Shown: positions 40,501 to 49,363, numbered from the stretch's first letter. The stretch is DNA of 64,000 nucleotides from Candidatus Jordarchaeales archaeon (GCA_038889235.1 JAWAHN010000003.1:193673-257672); one strand, 5' to 3'. Notes: a model not told the origin generated them from the sequence alone. Numbers and translations are program-made.

Positions 40501-40974
40501 GAGGAACTTCAGGAAATCTTTGTGTTGCTCTGAGAGCTTGCCGCACTCCCTGAAAGTGCTAGGGAGGTCGCGTCCATCTATTGAGCTAACGGCAAGCTCG
40601 CCCAGCATCTGTCTTAGGAAGAACTCCACTGAGACGCTTTTCTCGCCGAGCCTCTCCACCTCGTAGAGCAACCTTATAATGTTTCGTTCACCAACGCTGC
40701 CTACCTTGGGGTTCTCAATTATTCTAGCGATAATGTTTCGTTGAACCCTGGTGAGGTTCTTAAGCTTGTGGGCGAACTCCACAAGCACCTCTAACGAGGT
40801 GAACTTGACTTTCCCGCCTTCAATTATTCTCCTTACATCTTCCACTATTTCCGACCCAAAGGACTGAAGTAAAATATCCAGAGCTCTATCTATGTCAAAT
40901 CCGGAAGAAGTGTTCTCAAACTCTCTTCTCAAGCTCCTAAACCTCTCAAACGTGGCATAAACCTCCTTCAACAC
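37501..40974 (-). CDS. large VWA-domain protein with N-terminal array of ~36-aa helical repeats and acidic linker
   Basis: 1157 aa; C-terminal MIDAS LIDASGSTS...FVFSDGEPEG; repeated LSNPK[VI]...GY..IL modules; acidic stretch PEPPESEQAESDMESSENQE. Confidence 0.6.
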   Translation of the reverse strand: MLKEVYATFERFRSLRREFENTSSGFDIDRALDILLQSFGSEIVEDVRRIIEGGKVKFTSLEVLVEFAHKLKNLTRVQRNIIARIIENPKVGSVGERNIIRLLYEVERLGEKSVSVEFFLRQMLGELAVSSIDGRDLPSTFRECGKLSEQHKDFLKFLLSRSKFTQISSYCIPLLVSEVAQLDDSEIKVLEKRLSELLLLDSVNKVEGNSIPSLIRGLKLLGEDRYKRLLEVFSSNHVTEIGGNNLAWIIAEIRDMSNETFNLVMHRLKEVLSASKVASLEGGLLLKLISQLSRLGDKYYSILIRILSNPKVEIGNENNLLEFVDKFEELTDEGYEILLEILESNVLSKIEGKHLLALASRLRRHRIVKPLDFRERIRNVILNPKIVQVEPDDLAELIWELKYLNDTGYNTILEIISNPKLKKITSSDILSITYEVKVLSDDKRFSVRKRLEEILSNKEIDEVTSKEIVSLIGRLGNLSSMGYQTIKKFIDKYKREGITHLKSVMSIIEKRPPLMDFLLQAPIKSVKQVLKAAGIFQLLEGIGLGEAFLASVQQFDEPDLLSLYISMLEKRITDLDKSELLAIFANPVGWLKGGLHLNDVKGDLMAWLTPLCGSIPIVPSKDGPRSDGKHIYLPSVINEFPDKERNMLLYLYGALHAVSHIRYGSFAIPLSKLYEEFKKTGHSWLATVIFTALEDARCEDHLIREFSELEPLVRTVNLFNLRKRTIQSSPSPLLELVLEKIVHGKTKGEHLEELLKQDLLEKKGWSVQRAKAYIELEKIELEKYSELIEQAVKEAERVKGGTVLDSVETSLKLVELLKDYIPEPPESEQAESDMESSENQESVIPSEEFSTDKLQELKEKYAEQLTARVCKTTIEEAEEAHSMRKVPEWDEQFKTYSLWINVDEIRIQKGAPIPSLYEYSYVRQQLINELEKIVPRKFKVERRVLDGSELNMDGIVDAHCDRREKRIFDKIHRDSRDVAAVLLIDASGSTSRIINSLKISAILFGDACNALGDKFAIYAFNTEGRKARIYIAKDFDEPWTATIQERVGAVRSGGLTRMGAPIRYSYEELLKREAKTKIMFVFSDGEPEGYEQEENAIPDVKVAIEEAESKGIRVVYITMGREPRHLKEMCSAASILKVIKSPEELPWVLIGNLASIK
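39504..40722 (-). repeat. intragenic array of about ten ~36-aa helical repeats (consensus LSNPK[VI]..I....L..LI..L..L.D.GY..IL.I) within the VWA gene
   Basis: Repeats visible in the translation aa ~85-490; coordinates approximate. Confidence 0.45.
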
Positions 40975-41178
40975 TTAAATGTAGTAGAGGGCGTTGCGAG
41001 GAGAAGTAGAACACAGTCGCCGGTAGAGTATTAAAGCCAAGAGAATGGTGGTTCAGGGGTAAGGCTTGTTTCCGGGCGGCCTTCGATGGGCGCCCCACAG
41101 TTCCACGTCCCATAAACCAGAGGAGGGTGCTCGGTATAAATACATTTTGGTAAGAATGCCTCATGTGCCCGCGGCGAC

Positions 41179-42351
41179 TTATATCCCTTCAAGGGTTTCT
41201 AGGGGGATCTTCCTAAGGCCGACGTAGTACGCCACAGCTTCAACTATCTTTCTAACCTCGGTCGCCTGTGAGGGTTTAAGGTTCGCGCTGAGGTTGTCGG
41301 CAACGCGCTCAACGCTCTCGTTCAAGGCGTCTCTTTCACCGAACAACTTGTAGGTTTCAAGGTACGCGTCGATCGCCTTGTGGAGTATTCTCTGCGTTGG
41401 ACACCTTATCTGCCCAGGGGCTAGCTTCTGGTGTAGGAACGAGGAAATGAGGTCTGCAAGCTCCACGTTTTGAAGCTGTATGGTTCCATACTCGTATACT
41501 TGTCTGAGCTTGTCGACGAGGTCGGCTATCTTCCTCATGTTGGAGATGTGCTCCTCGAGCCCAGCTTCCTCCATGAGCTTGTCACTGTACTCCTTAGGCA
41601 CATTCTGAACAGCGACGTACGAAAAGCTCGGCTCTTCGTCAACCTTCTTCTCCTTGAAGTCGCGCCAGCACCCTGAGTCCCACACCATTGGGATAAACTC
41701 TTTCTCACCCAGCCATATTCCACGGTACTGCACTGGGCCGTTCAGTTTCGACGCCTCCATCGCCATCTCCTCAAACTTCTCCTGTTTCACCTTCCTCGTC
41801 TCGACGAGGGAGATCAAAAGTTGAACTTCAACCTCGTGGTACTTGAACTTGAGAGTGTTAAACCTGTCGAGCGCTGGCTCAGGCATCTGCGAGCCTACTC
41901 TCCCGATCTCCGTCGGGTTATAAGATACGATTATCATGTAGTCAGTTCCACCGATTTCCTCGCCGTTTGGAAGCAAGCCACGCCTCCTAGTGTCAAGCCA
42001 GGGGAAAAGCGTTGGCCATATTTCAGCCCTTAAGGCTATAGCCTCGTCGATGTAGAATATTCCCCCCTCTTCTATGACCTTCATATGCCTACTTTTCTCG
42101 AAAACCGTTTCCGAGCCGCCATCCTTACTTCTCAGCTCTCTTCTTCCGAGAATGTCGGCCTCCAGCGTGTCACCACTAGCCATGAGTATGGACAGGGGCT
42201 TGTTAAGTTTCTCTGCTAAGAACTCCACAAACCTGGTCTTACCAGTCCCGGGAAGCCCTTCAAGCGCAAGGTGACCCCTAGCGTAGTAAGTTTGGAGCGC
42301 ACGTATAACCTCGTCCATCTTGCCATCTAAGCTTGAAACGTAAAATACCAT
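41179..42351 (-). CDS. MoxR-family AAA+ ATPase
   Basis: Walker A GLPGTGKT, Walker B FYIDEA, sensor-1/Arg region SYNPTE...ALDRF. Confidence 0.7.
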   Translation of the reverse strand: MVFYVSSLDGKMDEVIRALQTYYARGHLALEGLPGTGKTRFVEFLAEKLNKPLSILMASGDTLEADILGRRELRSKDGGSETVFEKSRHMKVIEEGGIFYIDEAIALRAEIWPTLFPWLDTRRRGLLPNGEEIGGTDYMIIVSYNPTEIGRVGSQMPEPALDRFNTLKFKYHEVEVQLLISLVETRKVKQEKFEEMAMEASKLNGPVQYRGIWLGEKEFIPMVWDSGCWRDFKEKKVDEEPSFSYVAVQNVPKEYSDKLMEEAGLEEHISNMRKIADLVDKLRQVYEYGTIQLQNVELADLISSFLHQKLAPGQIRCPTQRILHKAIDAYLETYKLFGERDALNESVERVADNLSANLKPSQATEVRKIVEAVAYYVGLRKIPLETLEGI

Positions 42352-42529
42352 TCAACCACCTGCCGTGAGCGCCCAGGAGAAGAAACCACAGGCAGCATTC
42401 TTATTCTACCAACCAGCCGGTACTTGAAAGAACATTTATCATCAAACAGTTTTAAATCTTCTTACAAAACCCAAGATAAAAAAGTGTAGACCCCCTTAAA
42501 AAACGTAATGGAAGATAGTTTTTGAAGTT

Positions 42530-43087
42530 TTACGGTGCCGGGAGGGAGCGCTTCAGCACGAACTCACAGTACTCGTCGCCCTTAGCTTTGCACTTAACTT
42601 CCTCCGATGTGAAGAGCGGCTTCCCGTCTTTTTCAGCGAAGTAGTTTAGAATCCCCTCAGCTACGTACCCCGAGCTGCACGTGGCTGATGGTTGCACCCC
42701 CCTCATCTTAAAATATGCCCCCGTTTCCTCTCCGTAAAGCGAGCTGTAAACCCTGAAAACCACTTGTGATTCGCCGAACTCGATAAGCTCGTTTCTCCCA
42801 AACCCCATGAGGTACTCTAAGGATAAGTAGTACTCTAGAACGCCCTTTGCTCCGAGGGCCTCCATCTTCTCAGCAAGTTTCCTACCATAGTTGACTAGCG
42901 CACGCCTCCTCACTGGCTCCAGCATCTTGCTATAGCGCTCTACGAGGGCGCCCATGAGAGAGACGGAGAAGAGCACCCCGGGGGCAAACACAAACCTACG
43001 CCCTTTAAACGACAAAGCCCCACTTTCGTCTATTTCGATGCCGTCAATGAAGCTTTTTATATCCTTAGGCAGCTCCTCAGCCATCAC
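42530..43087 (-). CDS. V4R-domain protein
   Basis: 185 aa ending in KGDEYCEFVLK; 4-nt overlap with the upstream paralogue. Confidence 0.4.
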   Translation of the reverse strand: MMAEELPKDIKSFIDGIEIDESGALSFKGRRFVFAPGVLFSVSLMGALVERYSKMLEPVRRRALVNYGRKLAEKMEALGAKGVLEYYLSLEYLMGFGRNELIEFGESQVVFRVYSSLYGEETGAYFKMRGVQPSATCSSGYVAEGILNYFAEKDGKPLFTSEEVKCKAKGDEYCEFVLKRSLPAP

Positions 43088-43683
43088 TCCTCACCCTCCA
43101 CCACGAACTCACAGTAATCGTCTCCTCTGGCAAGACACTTAGGCTCTTTAAAGGTAAGTTTAATGGACCCGCGGCCCTGCTTCTCTAGGACAGCCTTCAC
43201 AACCCCAACCCAGTTCGCACCCCAGCCGCACTCGTAGAAGGGGAAGCGTGCAGTGAGATCCTTCACGTTCCTCCTAAGCCACTCCGCAATAAGTTGATTG
43301 TACATTCGAACAACCACCTCCGGCTTACTAAAATCCTTTCTCACCACCTCTGAAACCCCCCACCCTCTCACAGCGCTGTACTCCGCATACGCCTCCAAAA
43401 CTTTCTCCGGAGGAATGCCTTGAGACATAAGTTGGTTTGCCACAGTATAGCCCGTAATTTCCAGGGAAGGGTACATTAGCATTTTCATCGAGGAGCCTAA
43501 GACGTCCATTATTCCCTCGAAAGACAACATGAAAAGTTCCTGATCCATGAATACGTAGCGAACGCCACCATACTTTATTCGCCCCTCACTGTCAAACTCT
43601 ATCTTGCTCTTAAGAGATCTCAGAGCATTCCTCAGGGATTCTAAGGAAACCTTTTCACCAACATTTCTCTCCAAACAAACCAC
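43084..43683 (-). CDS. V4R-domain protein, tandem paralogue
   Basis: 199 aa ending in ARGDDYCEFVVEGEE. Confidence 0.4.
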   Translation of the reverse strand: MVCLERNVGEKVSLESLRNALRSLKSKIEFDSEGRIKYGGVRYVFMDQELFMLSFEGIMDVLGSSMKMLMYPSLEITGYTVANQLMSQGIPPEKVLEAYAEYSAVRGWGVSEVVRKDFSKPEVVVRMYNQLIAEWLRRNVKDLTARFPFYECGWGANWVGVVKAVLEKQGRGSIKLTFKEPKCLARGDDYCEFVVEGEE

Positions 43684-43766
43684 CCATTAAAATATTCTCA
43701 CATTTTATTTAAAATACAAGACAGTTTACTTAATATATTTTGTGATCTTCTTTATATCTTGCAGGC

Positions 43767-44432
43767 TTGGTTACGCCATTCTCAAAGTGGTTGCTCCGCG
43801 GTGGGAGCATGTTTCTCGATAGGAGGCATGCTGGCAGGCTGCTGGGGGAGGCGGTTGCCGAAAAGGTTGGAAGAGTAGACTACGTCCTAGCGATACCTAA
43901 TGGTGGAGTTGCGGTGGGCTACGAGGTTGCCAAGAGGCTGGGTGCGAGGCTAGGAGTGGTTGTCGTCAGGAAGATTCCGATCCCGTGGAACACTGAGGCT
44001 GGTTTCGGGGCCGTCGACCCCGACGGGGAGGTCGTGTTGAACGCGCCCTTACTTAGCAGGCTGGGGTTGAGGAGAGAGGAAGTTGAGGAGCTTGTGAAGT
44101 GGGTTAAAAAAGGAATCGATGAGAGGGTGCGCAAGTACGGTGGCATTCCGAACGTTGAAGGGAAGAGTGTTGTGGTCGTGGACGATGGGATAGCGTCGGG
44201 GGTCACAATGATAGCTGCATGTCTCTATGTTAGGAGGAGGAGAGCTGGCAGCGTTGTGGCGGCTGCGCCTGTAGCTCCACTACACTCGTTTGAGCTTGTT
44301 AAGAGCTACGCGGACCAGATAGTGGTTCTCGAGGTCGTCGACACCCTAACCTTCGCTGTGGCGGACTACTATGAGAACTGGTATGATGTTCCAGACGAGG
44401 AGGTTGTCCAGTACTTAGAGGGGGGGTGTTAG
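43767..44432 (+). CDS. predicted phosphoribosyltransferase (COG1926-like)
   Basis: PRPP motif VVVVDDGIASGVTM; N-terminal LAIPNGGVAVG. Confidence 0.55.
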   Translation: MVTPFSKWLLRGGSMFLDRRHAGRLLGEAVAEKVGRVDYVLAIPNGGVAVGYEVAKRLGARLGVVVVRKIPIPWNTEAGFGAVDPDGEVVLNAPLLSRLGLRREEVEELVKWVKKGIDERVRKYGGIPNVEGKSVVVVDDGIASGVTMIAACLYVRRRRAGSVVAAAPVAPLHSFELVKSYADQIVVLEVVDTLTFAVADYYENWYDVPDEEVVQYLEGGC

Positions 44433-44517
44433 GGTTCAATGGGTGTTCGTTTTCGCGCTAAGGGTTATAGCTTAGCTTTAAAAGTTTCGTGAAGGCAGTT
44501 ATGTTTGAGGCGTCTTC

Positions 44518-44900
44518 ATGGTTAAGAAAGGCGAGGTTGAAAGGCTTAAGGAAAGGGCTATGGAAGTGCTGGAAGTCGCCGAGAAGGCTCTGGAAGCTGG
44601 AAAGCACGGTATCGCCGTTTTTTGGCAAATATCTCCTTGCAGCTCTACTTGAAAGCCACACTGTTAGAAAAAGTGGGAAGCTACCCGGGGACGCATAGTC
44701 TCAGAGAGCTTTTAGGGTATTTAGCCGCTCATACTGGCAAGGACGAGTTAAAGGAGTTTGTGAGAGTTAACAGAGCGAGGCTGTCAGCAGTCGAAGGCGT
44801 ATACATGACTTCAGGGTATGGTTCAAAGGTTTTCTACGCCGAGGACGCCGTTAAGCTTGTCGAAGAAGCGATAGAGGTTGTTGATGCATGTTTGAAGTAG
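44518..44900 (+). pseudogene. HEPN-domain toxin gene disrupted by a frameshift in a T6 run
   Basis: ATG at 44518 encodes MVKKGEVERLKERAMEVLEVAEKALEAGKHGIAVF, then stops. The adjacent frame continues as LANISLQLYLKATLLEKVGSYPGTHSL.... Together they align with the intact paralogue (SAFHIEQSLQLYLKYILAKELGYFPRTNKL). Frames switch at the T run 44618..44623. Confidence 0.6.
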
Positions 44901-45230
44901 CCCGAAGAAGAGCCCAGATGGTTAAAGAGTGGAGGAAGTGGGCTGAGGGAATATGCAGAACTGTGAAGGAAATACTCCCCGAGGCTGAGGCTTACGTTAT
45001 AGGTAGCGTCGCTAGAGGAGACGCTGTGGCCGCAAGCGATGTCGACCTTCTTATTGTTCTACTAGAAGTGCCTGAAAGAGCGCCTGGAAAGAGCCGAGAT
45101 AGTGGTCGAGATAGAAGACAGATTCGGCCTCCCATGGGATGGACATCCATTCGAGTTCCATCTAGCCACAAAGGAGAAGGCAAAAGTCTGGCTTGAAAGA
45201 AGCAGGAAAAGCATAAAACTGACAGCGTAA
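44888..45230 (+). pseudogene. minimal nucleotidyltransferase (MNT) antitoxin gene disrupted by a 13-nt tandem duplication
   Basis: N-terminal part has GSVARGDAVAASDVDLLIV. C-terminal motif DGHPFEFHLATKEKAKVW sits in another frame. Deleting the 13-nt unit 45082..45094 restores one ORF that aligns with the paralogue 45923..46279. Confidence 0.6.
45070..45094 (+). repeat. imperfect tandem duplication (12 + 13 nt: gcctgaaagagc / gcctggaaagagc) that frameshifts the MNT gene
   Basis: Seen directly in the sequence; removing the second unit restores the reading frame. Confidence 0.5.
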
Positions 45231-45922
45231 GAGGAGGAAACGCGTTAACATGGAAACTTGAATACATCAGCATGCTTCAAAACCCGTTCTATGCAAGTTG
45301 AATAAACAATGACGTGAAAACTCCTTTAAATAAAAGTCATTACGCTGAGCTGGAAATTCCTCTCTACACTTACGCATCCCTTGCACGCTAATTGATGAAG
45401 TGACGCACCCTCCTCCCGGAGTTGGCGGAGCTTGCTCTTTAAATGGTAGCGTTAGCGTCTTCTGGCTGGATATTTGTAGTCGACGAACTCACAGTGAACG
45501 GTTGAGGCAAAAACTGTTGTGGCGCCAGTGACGGGGTCGCCATCTACGTCCCTTTAAGCTTGCAATTAACTTTTGACGCACCATAGGTGGCGCTTACAGC
45601 TACTGGGAGACAACATTCTCTCCAAGACCCTTCAGAAAATCGTTTGGTGCGAGGAGTACGCTAAAGCTGAAGCCAAAGCCGGATAAGACCCGGTAGAGAA
45701 TCCATGAAATAAAGGAGAACACAATGTAAACCATTCCGGGAAACCTTCCTAACCATGCTCAACCTCAAATCCCACCAATAAAACTTCCTTATTTGTAAAA
45801 ATTTTAGTTGTGTTAATGGTGGAACTATCGCTGCCACCAGCAGGGCGCTTAAATTAAATTGTGTTGTTCCAGACGTTGACCCTTGATGATGTTAGTGGTT
45901 TTGTGTCGCTTTAGTTTTTCAT

Positions 45923-46279
45923 TTAGTTAGGTGGGTTTTGCTGGTCTACTGGGAGATATTTTTTGATGAATTTTTTGTAGTGCTCCCATTGTTCTGGTTT
46001 TAGCATGTGGATTTCGAAGACGTCTCCTATACTTTTTCTCACCTCAACCTTGAACCTTAGATCTTTTTCTTTTTCAAGGTTTTCTGTTACGACCGCTATG
46101 TCTATGTCTGAAAGGGTTGGGTGGTAGTTTCCTTCGACAGCTGACCCAAAAACGTATACTTCCGCCTGGCCGAAAAATTTGAGGGCGGCTTCCTTTATTT
46201 TTCTGGCATACTCTAAATAGTTCTCGAAGTACTTTCTTTTCTCTTCTTTTTCTTTTACAAGGTATTTTACGATATCCAT
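45923..46279 (-). CDS. minimal nucleotidyltransferase (MNT), HEPN-MNT module
   Basis: FGSAVEGNYHPTLSDIDIAVV and FEIHMLKPEQWEHY motifs; 13-nt overlap with the upstream HEPN gene. Confidence 0.7.
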   Translation of the reverse strand: MDIVKYLVKEKEEKRKYFENYLEYARKIKEAALKFFGQAEVYVFGSAVEGNYHPTLSDIDIAVVTENLEKEKDLRFKVEVRKSIGDVFEIHMLKPEQWEHYKKFIKKYLPVDQQNPPN

Positions 46280-46647
46280 TCTCTGAACTTCTCCTTGAAC
46301 TTTTTCAGAGTGTTAAGCATTGCTTCGACTTCTCTTTTCGAGTAGTCTCTTGGAAAGTATCTAGAGAGGATGTATGCGTCTTCTATATCTCTAAGAATTA
46401 TCTCGTTGTCTTCGAAGAATGCTTGAAAGTCGTTGTTTAAATTTGCCAGCTCTGAGAATAGCTTGGAGAGCTTATTTGTCCTCGGGAAGTACCCAAGTTC
46501 CTTCGCTAAAATGTACTTCAAGTAGAGTTGAAGGGACTGCTCAATATGAAAGGCGGACAGGTCGTACACGCCCTTATTGAAGAGCTCCACTGCTTCCTCT
46601 TCGAACTTCCTTGCCCTCTCGAGGAAAACCAAGATCTCTTCTCTCAT
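46267..46647 (-). CDS. HEPN-domain protein, HEPN-MNT module
   Basis: AFHIEQSLQLYLKYILAKELGYFPRTNKLSKL HEPN pattern; start placed at the second Met (MREEIL) because the longer ORF N-terminus looks like read-through. Confidence 0.65.
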   Translation of the reverse strand: MREEILVFLERARKFEEEAVELFNKGVYDLSAFHIEQSLQLYLKYILAKELGYFPRTNKLSKLFSELANLNNDFQAFFEDNEIILRDIEDAYILSRYFPRDYSKREVEAMLNTLKKFKEKFREWIS

Positions 46648-47676
46648 GAAGAAGAATTCCCTCCAAAAAAGGTAAGAAGCCCAGAATATCCCATGAAAGT
46701 AGGGATTTTTCATTTATACTCGTTTTGTAGTACGAGGTACTGGGAAACAGGTGGTAGACGGACCGCGATGCGCAACCCACCTTTAGCCGAGATCTCAGGA
46801 CCCACCTCGCAGGGAAGGCAGTTGGGAGGAATGAGGCAGCTTAATGACAGACGGCAAGTTATACGCATCACTCTGTACTAGTAAGGGGCCGTTAGCAGAA
46901 ATTTATTTTTTGTCAAATGTTTAGCTTGCAAGGTTGTTCGTTGCACTCTTAACGCATACCCCCACGCTTAAGCGTCTTGAATGATCACAGGTTGCCCTTC
47001 TCACAGAGGACATTCATTAACGTACCGTCGAAACAACTTATGTCTAGACCCCTCCACACCCCCTTTAACTCAGTTTCTCGACACTTGCTGAGGCACCCTT
47101 TGGGCTTTAAGTTTCATCTCTTTGCCTGCTATTCTTATTGGTGGTTTTTCTTTTTTCGGGTTGTCCTTTGAAGATTATTATGTCGCTTATTGTTGGTAGT
47201 TTTCTGGCTATTGTGTCTAGTGTGTTTAGTATGGTGTCTGCGGCCTTCTTCGGCATCTTGCCGAGCAGCTTCCCCCAATGTGGAAAGCTCCAGAAGAGGG
47301 ATAACAAGTCGTAGTGGCCTGCTTTTCAAAGAAGTTCGTTTTTGCCAGCTACTGTTCAGTCCTTATAAATGTGGCGGCGACACATGTAGCGACGTCTTCG
47401 CCCTCGTTTCCATAAGTTTTCGCCCACGTGACCCCGGAGAGTTTTTCTGTCTTTGAACTACTAGTTGTGGAGGCGTAATTATTATTGCTGTACCACTACC
47501 ATGGGTAGCATAAACGCTAGCACAACCGTTACGGTAGAAACCGTCGCCGAGTATTCTTCTATGTTTAACCTTAAGGTTTCATCCCTTATTGAATTATTGT
47601 GCTACTGGACGGTTGTGCAGTGGTCGTTGCATTTTGACGCAAGTTTTATTTTTAACCATGGCTGGGAGTAAGTGGT

Positions 47677-48354
47677 GTGGTGGTTGTAATGAGTGAGGCT
47701 GTGGAGAAACGCTGGCTTCTTATTTGCGGTGGCAGCATAGTTGCTTCGGCGCTCACCGGACTTCTGACGCTAGTCCTCGCAGTGGCCCTCTACACTTCTT
47801 CTCCCATAATGCCTGTATATCCGAAGTTCCTCCCTGTGGGTCTGACTTTTCCATGCATCAACGTCGGCTATAGTCCAACCTGGCAGTACATCAGCGAACT
47901 TGGAATGGGGCCTACAGCGCCCATATTCAACACCGGGATGATCGCCGCGGGCTTGCTGGCTTTGCCAGCGTTCGTCGTCGCCCGTAAGGTGATAGGAAGC
48001 TCGCTCACGGCCACCCTAGGAATCCTGTTCGGGCTAGTGGGGTCCCTTTGCCTTGTCGGGGTTGGGGTTTTCCCCATGTCTCCAGCGTTCTTCATCGAGA
48101 ACCCGCACCCACTCGTGTCCATAGGTTTCTTTTCAGGGATGTGCCTGTCCGCGGCTTTCATAGGCTACGCGATGACGAAGAACCCCATGTTCTCGAAGAT
48201 TCACGGCTGGCTTGGAATGGTCGTTCTAGCCGTGGGCGTGATTCTAGGCTTTACGGGTGACCCATTGCCAGAATGGGCTGCAGCAGTAGCAATAATAACG
48301 TGGTTCTCAACGCTGGGGTTCTGGCTTCTAGTTAAGGCACCAGGAAAAACTTAG
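47677..48354 (+). CDS. integral membrane protein (DUF998-like?)
   Basis: 225 aa with about 6 predicted TM helices. Confidence 0.4.
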   Translation: MVVVMSEAVEKRWLLICGGSIVASALTGLLTLVLAVALYTSSPIMPVYPKFLPVGLTFPCINVGYSPTWQYISELGMGPTAPIFNTGMIAAGLLALPAFVVARKVIGSSLTATLGILFGLVGSLCLVGVGVFPMSPAFFIENPHPLVSIGFFSGMCLSAAFIGYAMTKNPMFSKIHGWLGMVVLAVGVILGFTGDPLPEWAAAVAIITWFSTLGFWLLVKAPGKT

Positions 48355-48394
48355 AGTCCGCACTTCCCTTTTTCTTTTAAAGAGAGGGGGTCTT

Positions 48395-49363
48395 ATGGGC
48401 GAAGTGGAGCGCTTCGCGGCACTCGTACGCGTGTGTGTTGAGGACGCTGTGGAGCGCAATGCGGCTAAGGGAGTTTTACTGTCTGGCGGACTTGACACGT
48501 CCATACTTGTTGCACTGGTTTCGAGGACACGTAAGTTGACTGCTTTCACAGTAGCCCTTGAGGGGGCGCCCTCCCCCGACGTCCACTATGCCAGACTGGT
48601 GGCGGAGAAGTTCGGCGTCAGACACGTTGTACGCTTCTTCAGTTTCGAAGAGGCTTTGAAAGCTGCCTACGAAGTGGTGCGTGTGCTCGGAGTCTTCGAC
48701 CCCATGGAGGTGCGCAACAGCATACCGATCTATATTGCTCTGATAGAGGCGTCAAAACACGTTGAATGCGTAATGACGGGCGACGGGGCGGACGAGCTGT
48801 TCGCAGGCTACAGCTTCCTTTTCGAGCTAGGCGAAGAGGAGCTTGAGCGTAAGCTTAGGTCCATGTGGAGTGTAATGAGCTTCTCGTCGAAGCCCTTGGG
48901 AGCCTGTCTCGGCGTCGGCGTCTCACTACCATACCTAGACCCGGTAGTCGTAGACTGCGCCTCAAAGGTTCCGGCAAGGCTCAAGGTTAGACAAGACGGG
49001 GAAACCGTCTGGGGAAAGTGGATTCTAAGGAAAGCCTTCGAAGACGTCTTGCCACACGAGGTAGCTTGGAGAACCAAGACACCCATAGAAGTGGGCTGTG
49101 GAACGTGCACCTTGCCAAAAATACTCGGAGAAAAGGTTGGGGACGAAGAGTTCAGCGAAAAAAGGAAGTATTACCTCGAAAAAGACGGCGTGGAGCTTCG
49201 CGACAAGGAACACTTGACATACTACGAGGTATACAGGGATATATTCGGCCCCCCAAGGGAAGCGGTGAAATCGCCGGAGGGGAAAACATGCCCGCACTGC
49301 AAAGCGTCAATCCCAGTAAACGCTACCTATTGCAAGATTTGCGGCGGCTACCCCATCCCCTAG
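48395..49363 (+). CDS. PP-loop ATP pyrophosphatase, asparagine synthase-like domain protein with C-terminal Zn-ribbon
   Basis: SGGLDTS PP-loop; C-terminal CPHCKASIPVNATYCKICG; no N-terminal glutaminase domain. Confidence 0.5.
   Translation: MGEVERFAALVRVCVEDAVERNAAKGVLLSGGLDTSILVALVSRTRKLTAFTVALEGAPSPDVHYARLVAEKFGVRHVVRFFSFEEALKAAYEVVRVLGVFDPMEVRNSIPIYIALIEASKHVECVMTGDGADELFAGYSFLFELGEEELERKLRSMWSVMSFSSKPLGACLGVGVSLPYLDPVVVDCASKVPARLKVRQDGETVWGKWILRKAFEDVLPHEVAWRTKTPIEVGCGTCTLPKILGEKVGDEEFSEKRKYYLEKDGVELRDKEHLTYYEVYRDIFGPPREAVKSPEGKTCPHCKASIPVNATYCKICGGYPIP

Noticed and set aside
37501-42351. Interpreting the MoxR + VWA pair as aerobic cobaltochelatase CobS/CobT because of nearby cobalamin genes
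   Set aside because: The pair is about 12 kb from the corrinoid cluster and no CobN is present. The VWA protein is nearly twice the size of CobT and carries a distinct repeat array, and archaea use CbiX-type chelatases. The functional link is not supported.
44489-44698. 69-aa ORF in the third frame across the HEPN locus, and the TTG-initiated 44622..44900 ORF as an independent gene
   Set aside because: The HEPN homology, judged by alignment to the intact paralogue, runs frame 44518 then frame 44622. The 44489 frame has no HEPN-like sequence. The 44622 ORF is the C-terminal part of the frameshifted HEPN gene, not a separate gene.
47107-47456. Overlapping small ORFs (47107..47307-, 47135..47329-, 47190..47456+) in the ORF-poor islet
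   Set aside because: They are mutually overlapping and lysine/arginine/threonine-rich. More likely decay products than genes, and no family signal is present.
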